From Selaginella moellendorffii (lineage: Eukaryota; Plantae; Lycopodiophyta), in contig NW_003314305.1 in NCBI RefSeq assembly GCF_000143415.4, positions 125,563 to 189,562 of the forward strand: a stretch of 64,000 bases of DNA, written 5' to 3'. Under the pieces are notes generated by a model. It did not search any database and had not been told where the DNA came from. It saw only the letters and a program-made list of their open reading frames with translations. Shown in pieces: positions 1-11,468 of this stretch (position 1 is the first letter of the stretch; each line of letters begins with the position of its first letter). A program made the position numbers and the translations under genes.

Positions 1-417
1 GCATCGGGGCCGTTGGTTTATCGGAGATGCCGCGACCGTCTCTGGAGCTCTTTTTAAACACCTTTGCTTCATCAAACCTTTTCTCTTCCTCTCGCCCAGA
101 CCGATTTCCATGGCTTGTCGCCCCGAATTTCCCATTCCATGCCGAGCGCTGTGTGAATGAATTGGAGTGCGAGCCACTGATAAGTGTGATTGCTTCGTTC
201 CCGGGCCGCTTTCGCTGTAAACAAATCGTAAGGAATTTCTTGCACCGCAAGACTTGCATTTCGTGCTCTTGATTCGCACGGCGATGCTCCATTGCGCAAT
301 GCATCTGGGCCGTGACAATTGGTGAGTAGTGACGGCATTGTATCTCGGCCCAGCCCTCTTGCGGGCTCGAGCAATTCTTACCGGAATTCGACACTACAGA
401 GCCTGGAGAGGAAGAGA

Positions 418-1772
418 ATGGTAAATTCTTCTTCTTTGCATGATTGATCGGTTCAATTGCAGTTGGTGTGTGCTTGGAGTGTGACCATGCATCCTGATTG
501 CGATGAATTCTATGAATTTCAACTCTGTGGAGCCAATGCCTGGAGGGAATTGATCGAATTTCTTGCCCAATTTCCAGGTGGCCCAGCACAAGAGCTATCC
601 AATTTGCCCCCCTTGGCTCAAGCCCCTCATCTCCGCCAAGTTCTTCGAGCCCTGCAACAATCACAGCTCCCCCACCTCGTCCCCGGCCGCTGGCGAGGCC
701 GCCGCGTCCACCAGCGCCGCTCGAATCGAATGCAACCTCTACTGCCTGGATTGCATGGACGAGCCACTCTGTTTTGGCTGTACATTCTGCCACAAGAATC
801 ACCACGTCGTGCAGGTACGCAAAAGCGATGAAAAGAAACTTCTGTGGTTGTTCGGGTGTCCGAGACGAAAGTGATCGGCTACCCGAGGTGGGCAATTGCC
901 CGATATGGATATGGTGGACATTGATCGAGAGAGTTCAAGGGAAGCCTTGTATATAATGCCTGACAGTGGGTTTCTTTCTATGTACAGATTCGTCGATCGT
1001 CCTACCACGACGTGATTCGCGTGTCAGAGATCCAAAAGGTGCTCGACTTGAGCGGCATTCAATCCTACATCATCAACAGCGCCCGGGTGGTGTTCCTCAA
1101 CGGCAGGCCCCAGACCAAGCTCGCCAAGGGCGTCACCAAGACTTGCGAGATTTGCGAGAGGAGCCTCAACGAGAGCTTCCGCTACTGCTCGCTGGGATGC
1201 AAGGTAGGCAGCCCAACACCAAATTCTTTCCAAAACTCTTCTTCTTCTTCGATCTCACTGTGCAGCTCCAAGGCATCAGCAAGCACAACGATCTCACTTT
1301 CATGGTCCAGCCAAAGCCCCAAGTCGGCAATGGCAACCACCGGGTCTACCCGGAAGACGGCGTGTCTCACAAGAGATCTAGATCCAGGAAGAAGCTCAAG
1401 CTGGACACGCAGCAAATCCAATCCCAGCAGCACCAGGAACTGCTAGCCACGCCCACGCCCGGCGATCAGGAGAAGATCGCTACGCCAAACAATGCGCCCA
1501 GCGCTCCAGCTGATCTGCCAGTAGAGGAGGCGACCGATCGAGGAGAGAAAACGGAAAACGTTATGGAGGAAAAGGAGTCCGAGGAAGAAGAGCATGGAGA
1601 TGGAGAAGTGTTCCAACAGCGGTTGGGCCTGGTGGGGATCTGCCCGTCCACACCGCCTCAGGTGGTGACGTGGACGGAGGGGATTTTCCCTGGCCGGCAA
1701 CGAGCGAGGAAAGGGACTCCACACAGGTCACACTTGGGCAGTGGTTTGACTTTGGGTGAAGCTAGAGGGTAA
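418..1772 (+). CDS. PLATZ zinc-dependent transcription factor (coding exons 418-420, 578-814, 988-1203, 1266-1772)
   Basis: The spliced reading gives [29 protein letters not shown]|[48 protein letters not shown] and C-terminal [14 protein letters not shown] introns at 421-577, 815-987 and 1204-1265. The ATG-only first coding exon is inferred. Confidence 0.93.
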
Positions 1773-2143
1773 AAACACAGTTACCAAGTCCTAGGCTGGT
1801 AACAAAGAAAAGGTAAGAAGAAAGCTAAGGTTTCCAGGAAGAAGGGAAGGATCTCTCCATGCTTTAAAAGAGACAACTACAAGCAGCCAACACCAAGCAA
1901 AAAAAGTGAGGTAAAGTCGTAAAAATCACACAGAAGTGTGAGAATAAAATTGGGGCATGGGAAGATCAAAGCTCCACAAGCAGATATTGGTTAGATTTCT
2001 TAGAAAACTCTTTAGACGATCAGCTTGTGCTGCTGCTATAAAAATGGTGGCCATTGCATTGCTCTAAAGACTAGTAAATATTAATAAAATCAATTATATT
2101 ATAATTGAGTTGTATTATTCTATTGTTCGCGAAGGACAGAATT

Positions 2144-2962
2144 TTAATCCGAGGCGCCCTGCGCATCCGACCAAGTAATGTCCATCCAGCCAAACTTATC
2201 GCTATTTTTCGAGACCCCCAGCGCGCGCCAAACTGCGGGCGATCCATCCACCAGATTGGGCTGGCATGGCGGATAGAATCCATGCTCGGCGTCGCAGCCA
2301 CGAAGAGAGTCACACTCGTCCACCACTCTCGCCCGGACGCTCTTGCCGTTGGGCGCATGGATGATCACAAATCGCCCACAACGCTTCCCCTTGGCAAACC
2401 ATCCGGTGGAGAGCGCCACCACCAAGTCTTTGTTGGAGTGGAACTTGGAATCACACTCGGAGGCGCCGCCGCCGTCCCCTCCCGGCTGGAAATCGTTCAC
2501 GGTGAGAATCGCCTTCGTGAACTTTGTCACCGGAGGCGAGCACTTGAACTGCGGGTAGGACTTCCCGACCTGGCAGCAATCCTTGCATCCCTTGGAGTTC
2601 TTTGGAGCATGGAGGAATCCCGAGGCTCGGCACTGCCCTTGGCCAGGAGCTGGCTCGAGTGGCGGCGGCGGGGCTTCGATCTCCGGGGGAGAAGAAGGAG
2701 GATCTGATGGATTCTTGGGCTGCTTCTTCTTCTTGTTCTTGTTCTTGTTGCAGATGTTGGTCTCCTTGTCTGGATCATCCTTGCATTCACCTTGTAAGCA
2801 CACGAGCCCCTTCTTGCAGCTGGCCGTGGATTTGCATTTCTTCCCACATCCTCTTCGACCGTGGCCGTGCTTGTGATTGGATTCGGCCAAATGCAAGAGC
2901 TGCAAGAGGAAGACTGAGAATAGCACGACGAGAAGGAGCAGCCTCCTCCGTGCCATCGACAT
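2144..2962 (-). CDS. Kiwellin / ripening-related secreted protein (kissper-like Cys domain + double-psi beta-barrel)
   Basis: Signal peptide, CKSTASCKKGLVCLQGECKDD, then CSPPVT..TKAILTVNDF..GGDGGGASECD..VVALSTGWF..RCG..VVDECDS..GCD.EH..PPC..NLVDGSPAVWRALG..ITWSD. Intronless. Confidence 0.92.
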   Translation of the reverse strand: MSMARRRLLLLVVLFSVFLLQLLHLAESNHKHGHGRRGCGKKCKSTASCKKGLVCLQGECKDDPDKETNICNKNKNKKKKQPKNPSDPPSSPPEIEAPPPPLEPAPGQGQCRASGFLHAPKNSKGCKDCCQVGKSYPQFKCSPPVTKFTKAILTVNDFQPGGDGGGASECDSKFHSNKDLVVALSTGWFAKGKRCGRFVIIHAPNGKSVRARVVDECDSLRGCDAEHGFYPPCQPNLVDGSPAVWRALGVSKNSDKFGWMDITWSDAQGASD

Positions 2963-3181
2963 GATTCAGAGATGCCGCGGAGGTGGCGATATATACTGCC
3001 CTCTTGCTTGTAGTTTTGTGGCTTTGTTTTGCAGCTTTAGGCAAGAGCTTTGGCGATTCCGGTCGGCTTTGGCCTGTTCTTCACAGCGTCGCGATTCGCA
3101 ATTTATACCCAATAGAATTCATAGCTTTGCTGGCGCGCCAATGGGCGCCGTTGGATTGGATCTAGGTCTGGTTTATGGTGG

Positions 3182-5176
3182 ATGTCCACCGCGATCTCGG
3201 TGGAGCAGCAAGATGTGTATGCGTCGCGGCTCAAGCGATGCGGCGAGACCAGAGATCTCGTCGAGGGCCGCCGGATCCACGCCCATGTTATCGACAACGG
3301 CCACTTCTCGGACCGCTACGTCTCCAATCTGGTGGTGGACATGTACGGAAAATGCGGCAGCGTGGAGGAGGCACGCCGCGCCTTTGATTCCATCGCGGCG
3401 CCGAATCTCTTCTCTTGGAACATCCTCATTGCCGCATATGCCCAGAACGGGCATTTGGGCGAAGCGCGGCGGCTCTTTGATTTCATGCCCGAGAAGAACG
3501 CCGTGTCCTGGAATGCAATGATCACTGCGTATGCGCGGAATGGTCAAGCTAGCGACGCCAAAGTGATCTTCGACGCTATGCCAAGACCCACTGCTGTCTC
3601 TTGGAATGCCATGATCGCAGCATATGCCAAGAACGGGCATCTGGAGGATGCTCGGACATTGTTTGAGGCGATGCCATGCCCGAACCTTGTGACTTGGAAC
3701 ACAATGCTCGCCGCTTACTGTGAAGCCGGGGATATGGATCAAGCTCACGTAATGTTCAAGAGCATGCCCACGCCGGACGTAGTTTCGTGGACTACCATTC
3801 TCTCCGCATATGCCTCGAGGGGTGATCTTGGTGAGACAAAGGCCGTGTTTGCAAGTATGCCGCGGAAGAACGTTGTTTCGTGGACAGCGATGCTGAAAGC
3901 ATACATACAAGCTGGTGAGATTGATAATGCGAGACTACATTTCGAGATAATGCCCGATAGAAACATCGTGTCGTGGAATGCAATGGTTGCAGCATATGCC
4001 CAACATGGAAACTTGAGAGAAGCGAGAGCACTGTTTGATAGCATGGCGAAAAAGGATTCCGCGACCTGGACGACGATGGTGGTCGCGTACGCGAGCGCAG
4101 GCCAGCTGAAAGAGGCAATGGATCTCTTCAATCAGATGCAACAGCGAGATGTAGTATCTTGGACTGCAATGCTCACGGCCTATGCCCAAGACGGACAGCT
4201 GAACAAAGGGAGGGAATTGTTCGATAGTATGCCTCACAGGAACGTCGTGTCGTGGAACGCGATGATCGCCGGCTACGCTCAAAACGGGAACCTGACAGAA
4301 GCAAGGGTCCTGTTCGATCGAATGCCGGTAAAGAGTACCGCTTCGTGGAACGCTGTGGTAACCGCGTATGCCCAGGCCGGAGACATGGAGGAAGCCCGAG
4401 CTCTGTTCGAGAGAATGCCTTCCAGGAACACTGTGTCGTGGAACACGGTCATCACTGGCTACTCGCAGCAAGAACAGCAAGAGAAAGAGGCGGTGAGGCT
4501 GTTCCTCAGGATGGACCTGGAAGGCGCTCGTCCCGACGAGATAACTTTCGCGTGCGTGATCGACGCGTGCGCGAGCTCCTCGTCGCTACGAGAGGGCCGG
4601 CATTTGCACGAGGAGGTGTCGAGCAGCAGCGATGTGGCGAGAGACCCCGTGGTGTGGAACTCGCTCATCAACATGTATGGATCTTGCGGGAGCCTGGGAG
4701 AAGCTCAAGCGCTCTTCGACGCCATGGCCAACAAGAACGTCGTGTCGTGGAACGCAATGCTTGCGGCGTACGCGGGCGCCGGGGACGAGCTCCAGGCGCT
4801 GGAGCTGTTCGGGAAGATGGATCACGAAGGCTTCCGTCCCGACGCAGTGACTTTCATCGTCGTTCTCGCAGCTTGCAGCCACGGTGGGATCTTCCAAACA
4901 GGACTTTTGCTCTTCGTCTCCATCGCGGGGGACTACTTCGCGACTCCAACCGCGGATCACTTCCTGTGCGTGATCGATCTGCTGGGACGAGCCGGGCTGG
5001 TGGACGAGGCGGAGGAGGTGGTGAAAACGATGCCATTCGAGCCATGCGTGGTTGCGTGGGTGTCGCTCCTCAGCGCTTGCAAAGTCCATAACGATGTGGA
5101 GCGCGCGAGAAAGGTAGCGAGCATTGCCGTGGAAAGCGAGCACGCTGGTCTTCTTGTTCTTCTGGCCAACATGTAA
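3182..5176 (+). CDS. PLS-class pentatricopeptide repeat protein with E-type C-terminus, no DYW
   Basis: Many 31-aa VSWNAMIAAYAQNG..EAR.LFD.MP repeats, MYGKCG motif, terminal HFLCVIDLLGRAG..MPFEP..W.SLLSAC. Confidence 0.95.
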   Translation: MSTAISVEQQDVYASRLKRCGETRDLVEGRRIHAHVIDNGHFSDRYVSNLVVDMYGKCGSVEEARRAFDSIAAPNLFSWNILIAAYAQNGHLGEARRLFDFMPEKNAVSWNAMITAYARNGQASDAKVIFDAMPRPTAVSWNAMIAAYAKNGHLEDARTLFEAMPCPNLVTWNTMLAAYCEAGDMDQAHVMFKSMPTPDVVSWTTILSAYASRGDLGETKAVFASMPRKNVVSWTAMLKAYIQAGEIDNARLHFEIMPDRNIVSWNAMVAAYAQHGNLREARALFDSMAKKDSATWTTMVVAYASAGQLKEAMDLFNQMQQRDVVSWTAMLTAYAQDGQLNKGRELFDSMPHRNVVSWNAMIAGYAQNGNLTEARVLFDRMPVKSTASWNAVVTAYAQAGDMEEARALFERMPSRNTVSWNTVITGYSQQEQQEKEAVRLFLRMDLEGARPDEITFACVIDACASSSSLREGRHLHEEVSSSSDVARDPVVWNSLINMYGSCGSLGEAQALFDAMANKNVVSWNAMLAAYAGAGDELQALELFGKMDHEGFRPDAVTFIVVLAACSHGGIFQTGLLLFVSIAGDYFATPTADHFLCVIDLLGRAGLVDEAEEVVKTMPFEPCVVAWVSLLSACKVHNDVERARKVASIAVESEHAGLLVLLANM

Positions 5177-5808
5177 ATAGACTGAACGAGAGAGAAGAGC
5201 CTCGAGCTTGTGAAACAAAAGAAAAAAAATTCATTCTCGTCCTTGATTTTTCTAATCGCAAGAGCCAGTCAATCAATCATGTAAATCTGCGCATGTCCAC
5301 ATCCACACGACACGACATTATTGATGCCTCCATTCCAGACACACTGATTGACAACGCTGGAGAGAGAGCGAGCAAAAGCCCCTGTAGTGCGTGATCCGTG
5401 AGTGATAGATACCGAAACTTTCATAGCTGGATCAAATAATAGAGTGTTGCTATAGCTAGATTCGATCTTGATGTAGTACGATACGACTGTAGAAAGAAAA
5501 GTTCATCATCCACCAAAGTCTACTGATTGATTGATCCCAAGTCCCAAAAACAGGAGCTATACATATACAAATCCACTCTCTTTAAGTTTTTCTCTTTTCT
5601 TGTGCCTCTCTAGCTCGCAGAGATCGATCGAGAGAGACGATCCTTGCGGTGAGCTGAGCTGAGCTTCACCACCTAAATGATTCCACCACCACCACCTAGA
5701 AAGAAAGAGAGCAGTACTAGAGTTCTACCTGTTTTCGTCGATATCAAACGAGCGAAGGAAATCACTCCAAACCTGTGGGACTGTGCGCCAGAGCGACGCC
5801 CAATCCTC

Positions 5809-6460
5809 CTACTTGTGCTGCGCAGTACCATAGGCCGCAGCGCCGGCTCGTTCCTTGCTCTTCTCGGCGGCGGCGGCGGCGGCGGCCTCCGCTTCCTTGC
5901 GCTTGGCGGCATTGAAGATGTCCTTGGTCTTCATCTCCTTCTCCAGCGATGGGGTGTGCACGAAGCCCTCTCTCGACGATGGCTCCTTGTCCGAGGAGCT
6001 TGGAGTGCTGCCCGCCGCTTGCTGGGCGCTAGACGCGGCGCACGGCTTGAAGAACCTCATCTAAGAAAAAGAAGATCGGGTTTAGAGAGGCAAGAAAGGA
6101 AGAACAAGAGAGATCTAGGAGAATTGACCAGGCAAACACGCTTTGGTGGGAGGCCATGCAATGCAAGGGGGTCGTACCCATCCAAGGTCACTCAACCACA
6201 ATGCGCCATAGCGAAATCTGGAGCACATCTGCATATAGAGGGGGCAAAACGGACAGTCTGATTTCTCCGGGCAAACAAATCCAGCCCCGGCATGCAGCGA
6301 TTCCAGGCATAATCCCCCCAATTTGCTAGCAGAGAAGCACAAGATCGAGAGAGAGAGAGAGCCCGAGAGGAGGGATTGGATTACTCACAAATGTTGCCGA
6401 TGCCGCTACAGTGGCCGGCACAGCGGCGCTGTTGCCCCGATTGATCGCCCGACGCATCAT
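5809..6460 (-). CDS. Probable small spliced gene of unknown function; the last exon ORF is 5809-6060
   Basis: Plausible minus-strand splice sites (gtgagt near 6388; polypyrimidine-AG directly before ATG 6060) and an 83-aa Ala/Lys/Glu-rich ORF. The upstream exons could not be joined in frame. Confidence 0.35.
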
Positions 6461-6622
6461 CTCTGGGAATCCAAAAATCCGCCCCACAATGCCGCCCAAG
6501 AACCCTAATTTTCTGATCCACTGCGCTCTTCTTTTATAAGGGCCCAAGGATAAAAAATTTAGGAATGCTCTTTGCTTGACACGTGGATTGGCGGGAAAGT
6601 CTAAATAAAATGCGATAAAAAT

Positions 6623-6694
6623 TGCCTCCGCAGAGGATCGAACTCTGGACCTCCAGTTTACAAGACTGGCGCTCTACCACTGAGCTACAAAGGC
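6623..6694 (-). tRNA. tRNA-Thr (anticodon UGU)
   Basis: Reverse complement GCCTTTGTAGCTCAGTGGTAGAGCGCCAGTCTTGTAAACTGGAGGTCCAGAGTTCGATCCTCTGCGGAGGCA folds as a cloverleaf, has A/B boxes, and is followed by an oligo-T terminator. Confidence 0.97.
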
Positions 6695-6777
6695 AAGGCA
6701 TAGGGATGATTTCATCTTAAAGTTTATATTCATATCAAACCTTTGGATATGATAAACCCCACACCCTAAACCTTATC

Positions 6778-6786
6778 AAACCCTAA
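6778..6786 (+). promoter_or_regulatory. Telo-box AAACCCTAA immediately before the ATG at 6789
   Basis: Exact motif; similar motifs at 16943 and 20565. Confidence 0.6.
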
Positions 6787-6788
6787 CC

Positions 6789-8801
6789 ATGGCAACGCCG
6801 CCATGGAAAGTCCGGCTACACCGTGATCTCAAGGATCTGGCCAAGGAGCCATTGAAGGGCATTGACGTTGTTGTGGACGAGCAAGACATGCAGCGGATGT
6901 GCTTGGTTTTGTCACCTCTTTGCGGCCCTTATCAGGGCTTGAAGCTCCACCTGGATGTCAAGATACCGGCAATGTATCCAACGGATCCCCCAAAGGTAAC
7001 CATCCAGACACCGGTGCCTCACCCAAACGTCATGGGGTCTAGGATCTGCTGCGATATTCTCGATCACCAGTTTTTCGGGGGTTATACTCCAGGCTACTTG
7101 CTCGGCTATGTCTTTCTTCAGCTCTTGAGCCTCTTCTCAAGCGACAATATTGAGCAGTCACATGGTGGCGGCAACGTGAATCTACAGTCTTACTCGAAGA
7201 TGTGTTTAGGTCCCCGAGGCTTGAAACCGCGTGTAGAACGTTACCAGTGTCCAAAGTGTGGATTCAATGTGAGTTTCTCGGCAGTGGATACGGCAGTTAT
7301 CAAGTGCAAGGAGATAGAAAAGAAGGAGGAGGACACAAACTTGTTTGGGGTTTTGGGGTTAGATGTTGATGGTGATGAGGATGTTTTGCCGTTGGAGGCT
7401 TTGGCGCGGCCAAAACGAAAGCAGCATGGAAAGCCAGCGTTAAAAAATGTCGTAGATATGATGTGTGAGAGGTTGAACGTTGATTGCCGCCTGGAGATCA
7501 TTGACAAGCTCGATGACCGGGAGATTATGTCCGTAAAAGCGTTTGACAAGAGTGTGGAGATATACACTCGACTTCTTGAAAGGCGGCTCAAGTGCTTCTT
7601 CTTGCGGAAAACTTTCAGAGAGAAAGACGTCGTCTTGGGCATTGGAGTCAACCTCGACAGCTTGAACAAGTTAAAGCCGACAGTTGTGTCGCTGGACGTG
7701 CTCTCTCACGAGTCTTTCAGCGTTTATTCTCACAACAAGAGCCTTCTCGGAGTGAGCTTCCAGTATTTCCTTCCGCTCGCCTTAGATGATGAGCACTTCA
7801 AGCGTGCTAAGGGTTTAATGCAGAGCTCGCTTATGAACCTGGTGCATGTCAAAACATGGAGCCCTCAAGTCGTGCTTGAAACTCTTCCAGTGATGATGAA
7901 CTTGATGGTGCTCAGGCTTGTGCAGTCTTGTGATCGGCACAAGGCAGCTTTCTTGAAGAGTAGTGGATTCAGCCACCAGCTTATGAAGGCATCAGAGTTT
8001 GCCCTGGAGGGATATTGCCTTCTCTATCACTTGTTTTCTAAGCTGGTGAGGGACGACCAAGAGTTGGCAAACCTTATACAACACAAAGTTCAAGATTTCA
8101 TTGACAACATAGAACTCCGGGGAAAGAATGCAGTCCCAGACCTTGGGGAGTTCCTCACTTACTTGCTAGTTACTAAGGATGTTGAATGGCAACCCAAAGA
8201 CAAAGAAAAGCCACAGGTCTCCAAGATGTTTCTGGGCGAATCCCTTACCAGAAGGGTGCTATGGTGCCTGAAAGACTTCCCACATCTGGCGTACATTGAG
8301 CCGGAGAACTATCCCTCTGAGCTGCGAATCAGGCAAACATTCCAAGCTTGCAAGACATCCATGAGACTGATCCTGTTCCAGGTCAACTTTTTCAAGATGA
8401 CAAGGTCAACGGAGGAGTTTGACCAGAGATATGGGTTTCCATCCGAAGCCATGACCAAGAAGCTGATGCAATTGATGAAAGAGGTGTACAAGGCAAGGGA
8501 TTGGGACGTTTACTTTAGGATTTTTGGGCTCGAATTTGACAGCGGCTGGAAGTGGCAATTGGTGAGATTGCTCAAGAAATCTATTGAATCCAGTGAGAAA
8601 CGAGGGTACCACGTCCTAAGGTATACCCAAAGTGAGCTCTATGAGTTAAGAAAAGCTGTGGAACCGGCTTGTCCTCCTCCACAAGGATGGGTCGACAACT
8701 GTGGCAAATATCCAGTTCCACAAAAGAGTTTCTTTCCAGGAGATGAAACTCTCAGGCCACTAAAGAAAGGTAAATCCAAGAACATCCATCCATCTCAATA
8801 A
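6789..8801 (+). CDS. Intronless ubiquitin-conjugating (E2/UBC) domain protein with CxxC, an F-box-like segment and a long uncharacterised C-terminal domain
   Basis: RLHRDLKDL..GPYQG..YPTDPPKV..HPNV..RICCDIL (UBC active-site region); CPKCG; RLNVDCRLEIIDKLDDREIMSVKAFDK resembles an F-box. 670-aa uninterrupted ORF. Confidence 0.85.
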   Translation: MATPPWKVRLHRDLKDLAKEPLKGIDVVVDEQDMQRMCLVLSPLCGPYQGLKLHLDVKIPAMYPTDPPKVTIQTPVPHPNVMGSRICCDILDHQFFGGYTPGYLLGYVFLQLLSLFSSDNIEQSHGGGNVNLQSYSKMCLGPRGLKPRVERYQCPKCGFNVSFSAVDTAVIKCKEIEKKEEDTNLFGVLGLDVDGDEDVLPLEALARPKRKQHGKPALKNVVDMMCERLNVDCRLEIIDKLDDREIMSVKAFDKSVEIYTRLLERRLKCFFLRKTFREKDVVLGIGVNLDSLNKLKPTVVSLDVLSHESFSVYSHNKSLLGVSFQYFLPLALDDEHFKRAKGLMQSSLMNLVHVKTWSPQVVLETLPVMMNLMVLRLVQSCDRHKAAFLKSSGFSHQLMKASEFALEGYCLLYHLFSKLVRDDQELANLIQHKVQDFIDNIELRGKNAVPDLGEFLTYLLVTKDVEWQPKDKEKPQVSKMFLGESLTRRVLWCLKDFPHLAYIEPENYPSELRIRQTFQACKTSMRLILFQVNFFKMTRSTEEFDQRYGFPSEAMTKKLMQLMKEVYKARDWDVYFRIFGLEFDSGWKWQLVRLLKKSIESSEKRGYHVLRYTQSELYELRKAVEPACPPPQGWVDNCGKYPVPQKSFFPGDETLRPLKKGKSKNIHPSQ

Positions 8802-9071
8802 AAGTCAAATCATGTCAATGGTAAAGATTCTGTTGGCCGTAGAATGTCGCAAACTTTGTCATTTTCGCTTGCCTAGGCACTAAGAATACTCACCAGATCC
8901 TAATGTCTCAATAACTATGTCATTTTCGCTTGCCTAGGTGCTGACACCTCAAGACTTTTAGTCTATGGGTCAAGGGAATATATACACATAAGTAGGGAAT
9001 ACCAGTCGGTCATCTATTGAGCAGTCTCGCGCACTCTGCTTTAAGAGACGTATGGGAATCATGGAAGTCAG

Positions 9072-9485
9072 AAAAATGTAGGTTGAACGTTAATTGGCGC
9101 CTGGAGATCAATGATAAGGGAGATTATGTCCGTGAAAGCATTTGACAAGAGTGTGGAGCGGTATACACTCGACGATCAAGTGCTTCTTCTTGCGGAAAAT
9201 TTTCAGAGAGAAGGACGTTAACGTTTTGAGCATTGGAGTCTCGAGATCTCGAACAAAGTTAAAGGTGCTATGTGTCGCCGAACTTGCGCGTTTATTCTCA
9301 CAATAAGGAGGTATACTAATCCTTCTGCTCGCCTTTGATGTTGAGCATTCCAGATATCATGAAATTCCAGGTCAACTTTTTCATGAGAGATATGCCCATG
9401 TACAAGGCAAGGGATTAGGATGTTTAAGCTCTTGTGGAACCGGCTTGTCCTCCTCCAAAAGGATGGGTTGACACCAGTGGCAAAA
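9072..9485 (+). pseudogene. Deletion-collapsed tandem duplicate of the 6789-8801 gene
   Basis: Colinear blocks match ~7442-7670, ~7720-7800, ~8340-8390, ~8485-8520 and ~8658-8708, for example tgtggaaccggcttgtcctcctcca. Confidence 0.9.
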
Positions 9486-9729
9486 CTTTGGCCAATTTGC
9501 AAAGACGCGATTAACAATTTTCAAAATTGATAACGGTCAAACATCTCAACTATGACGTTTGTACTGGCTGCACTTTGGATTTGGTTCCTGGAACCAGAAC
9601 CAATCATCTTAATGAGCTACATCTTGAATATATTTCATTCTTCCGCTCTGTTTAGCTATCGAGCACCAAAATAGCAACTTCAGGAAATATCCTGCAGGGA
9701 TCCGCTATAAACCCTAGCCAGGGGAGGAG

Positions 9730-10939
9730 ATGTGGCGGTCAGGTAAGAAGCTTTACGGTTGAGAGGCATCCCAAAACGATCGCATTTTCTAGAACAGCTG
9801 CGGCTCGTCAGTTTTTCCAGAGGAGCTTGTGCAGTGGCCATGGATCATTAACAACTACTCAACCTGCACCGCGACTTGTCTTGCACTATGACAAGATCAA
9901 CACATCCCTCATTCTTTTTGACAGTTCCTATTACAGCATCGGCAGCCATGGTTGGTTGATGAAAGAATTTGGGGCCCTGCTTGCGTTGGCTCACCGAGGT
10001 ACCAAATGCACCATTCACCAGCGCAAGCATTGCAATGGCTCCTACTGGAGCTGCCCGTATAGCCGCCCTGACTTAGACTACGACCCGGACATGCCACCGT
10101 CCGTGACTGAGCTCATGCCGTGCCAGATTGAGAGCATCGAGGCCACCGGCTGCCTTTCTACTTTCGAGCTTGGTATCAGATACAAGATGGACTCGGTGGT
10201 GATCAGCGATGAAGATCGAGAGATAGATCGTGCAAAATTATCCAAGGAATATAAGGAGTTTATGCACGCGTGGCGTAACAAGGAGATAGATTGCGCAAGA
10301 TCATCTGAGGAATGTTTGGACATCTGGCATAACAGGGTTCCTACAAATTGTGTGCTACTCTCGGTTCCTTCAAAGGCACTCAAGTACAAGGCATTGCAAT
10401 GGAACCTTGAGCGCGATGTTTGCAACAACTTCCCGCTGGAGATTTTGCCACACGAGTTTGTGACAAATGCAGCCAGCTCCAATACGAGGCTCAAGGAAAA
10501 AGATGCCATACTTGAGTTGGGTGAGGCGGTGCTGCAGGGGATCAGGAGATGTGTTGTAGTGGATCTCCGGGGCATTGGGATCATGAAAAAGGTGGGGTTG
10601 TTTCTACCTGGTGCTACTGTGGATAAGCTGCGAGGATATGCTGGGTCGTTAGAGACGGTGATCGCTGTGAGTACTAAGGAGCAAGCCCCGGGCCTGGCTG
10701 GGGAATTCCTCAACAAAGATGACTGGGAGGCGCTTGGGGTTGGTGACATCAACATAAACACAGTGGCATGCTTCATAAACGACTTGGTCTGGACCATGGA
10801 AATAGTGCTACTGTTCGCGAACGACTTCGAGAAATCAGCCGTAAGTATTGCTGCCTCTCTTCGTAGGCTTCCTGAGCCATCATCATATAGGTATTTGGAT
10901 GAATGCGTTTCTTCTCAGGCGCCGTGTGATGCATTCTAA
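9730..10939 (+). CDS. Unknown-family protein with a probable mitochondrial transit peptide (paralogue of 18874-20521)
   Basis: ATG 9730 and intron 9743-9797 give MWRSAAARQFFQRSLCSG.. in frame with the 370-aa ORF. Extensive identity to the minus-strand paralogue (RKHCNGxYWSCPYSR, STxELGxRY, VDLRGIGIM). Confidence 0.75.
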
Positions 10940-11468
10940 ATCCCCTGCAAGAGTTTGTGTTGAGGTCCACTTTAAACATCATCTTAGAATGTACACCAAA
11001 ATATGGAGCAAAACACGAGAACTTTCACACCGAGGAGGCTGGAAACTAGGATGGGGATCAAGGGACAAATCTCTGGCTCATGAGCTTTACGAAAGTCAAG
11101 ACGAAGAACTCCAGAGAGAATGTGGTGCCATCGCCAATCCCCGGCTGCTGCTTCTCATCCAAGGTGTTTACTAGGCTTTGCTTTGACATGACCAAAAGAT
11201 TCTCCCAAGTAACTCATTGACAAGGACTAGCCAAACCAACATCAAATACTGCACCGTTCCTTTACTTGTTCAAACTCTCGTACCATCTGCTCCTGTTATT
11301 AGAGAATGCCTAGAAGAATGAAAAGCGGAAAAGAAGCTTTATTTACTCACCTATTGGCAATATCTTGCAGCAGCAAGAATTCTTGTTCTTTTTGCTGCAT
11401 TCTCCCACAGCTTTGGGATGCTTAGCAGGAAACGACAAGACAGAGCTGGTGGACTTTGATTCGGAAAA

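Noticed and set aside
8857-8938. 21-bp direct repeat tgtcattttcgcttgcctagg
   Set aside because: Two copies only; probably a duplication-junction scar.
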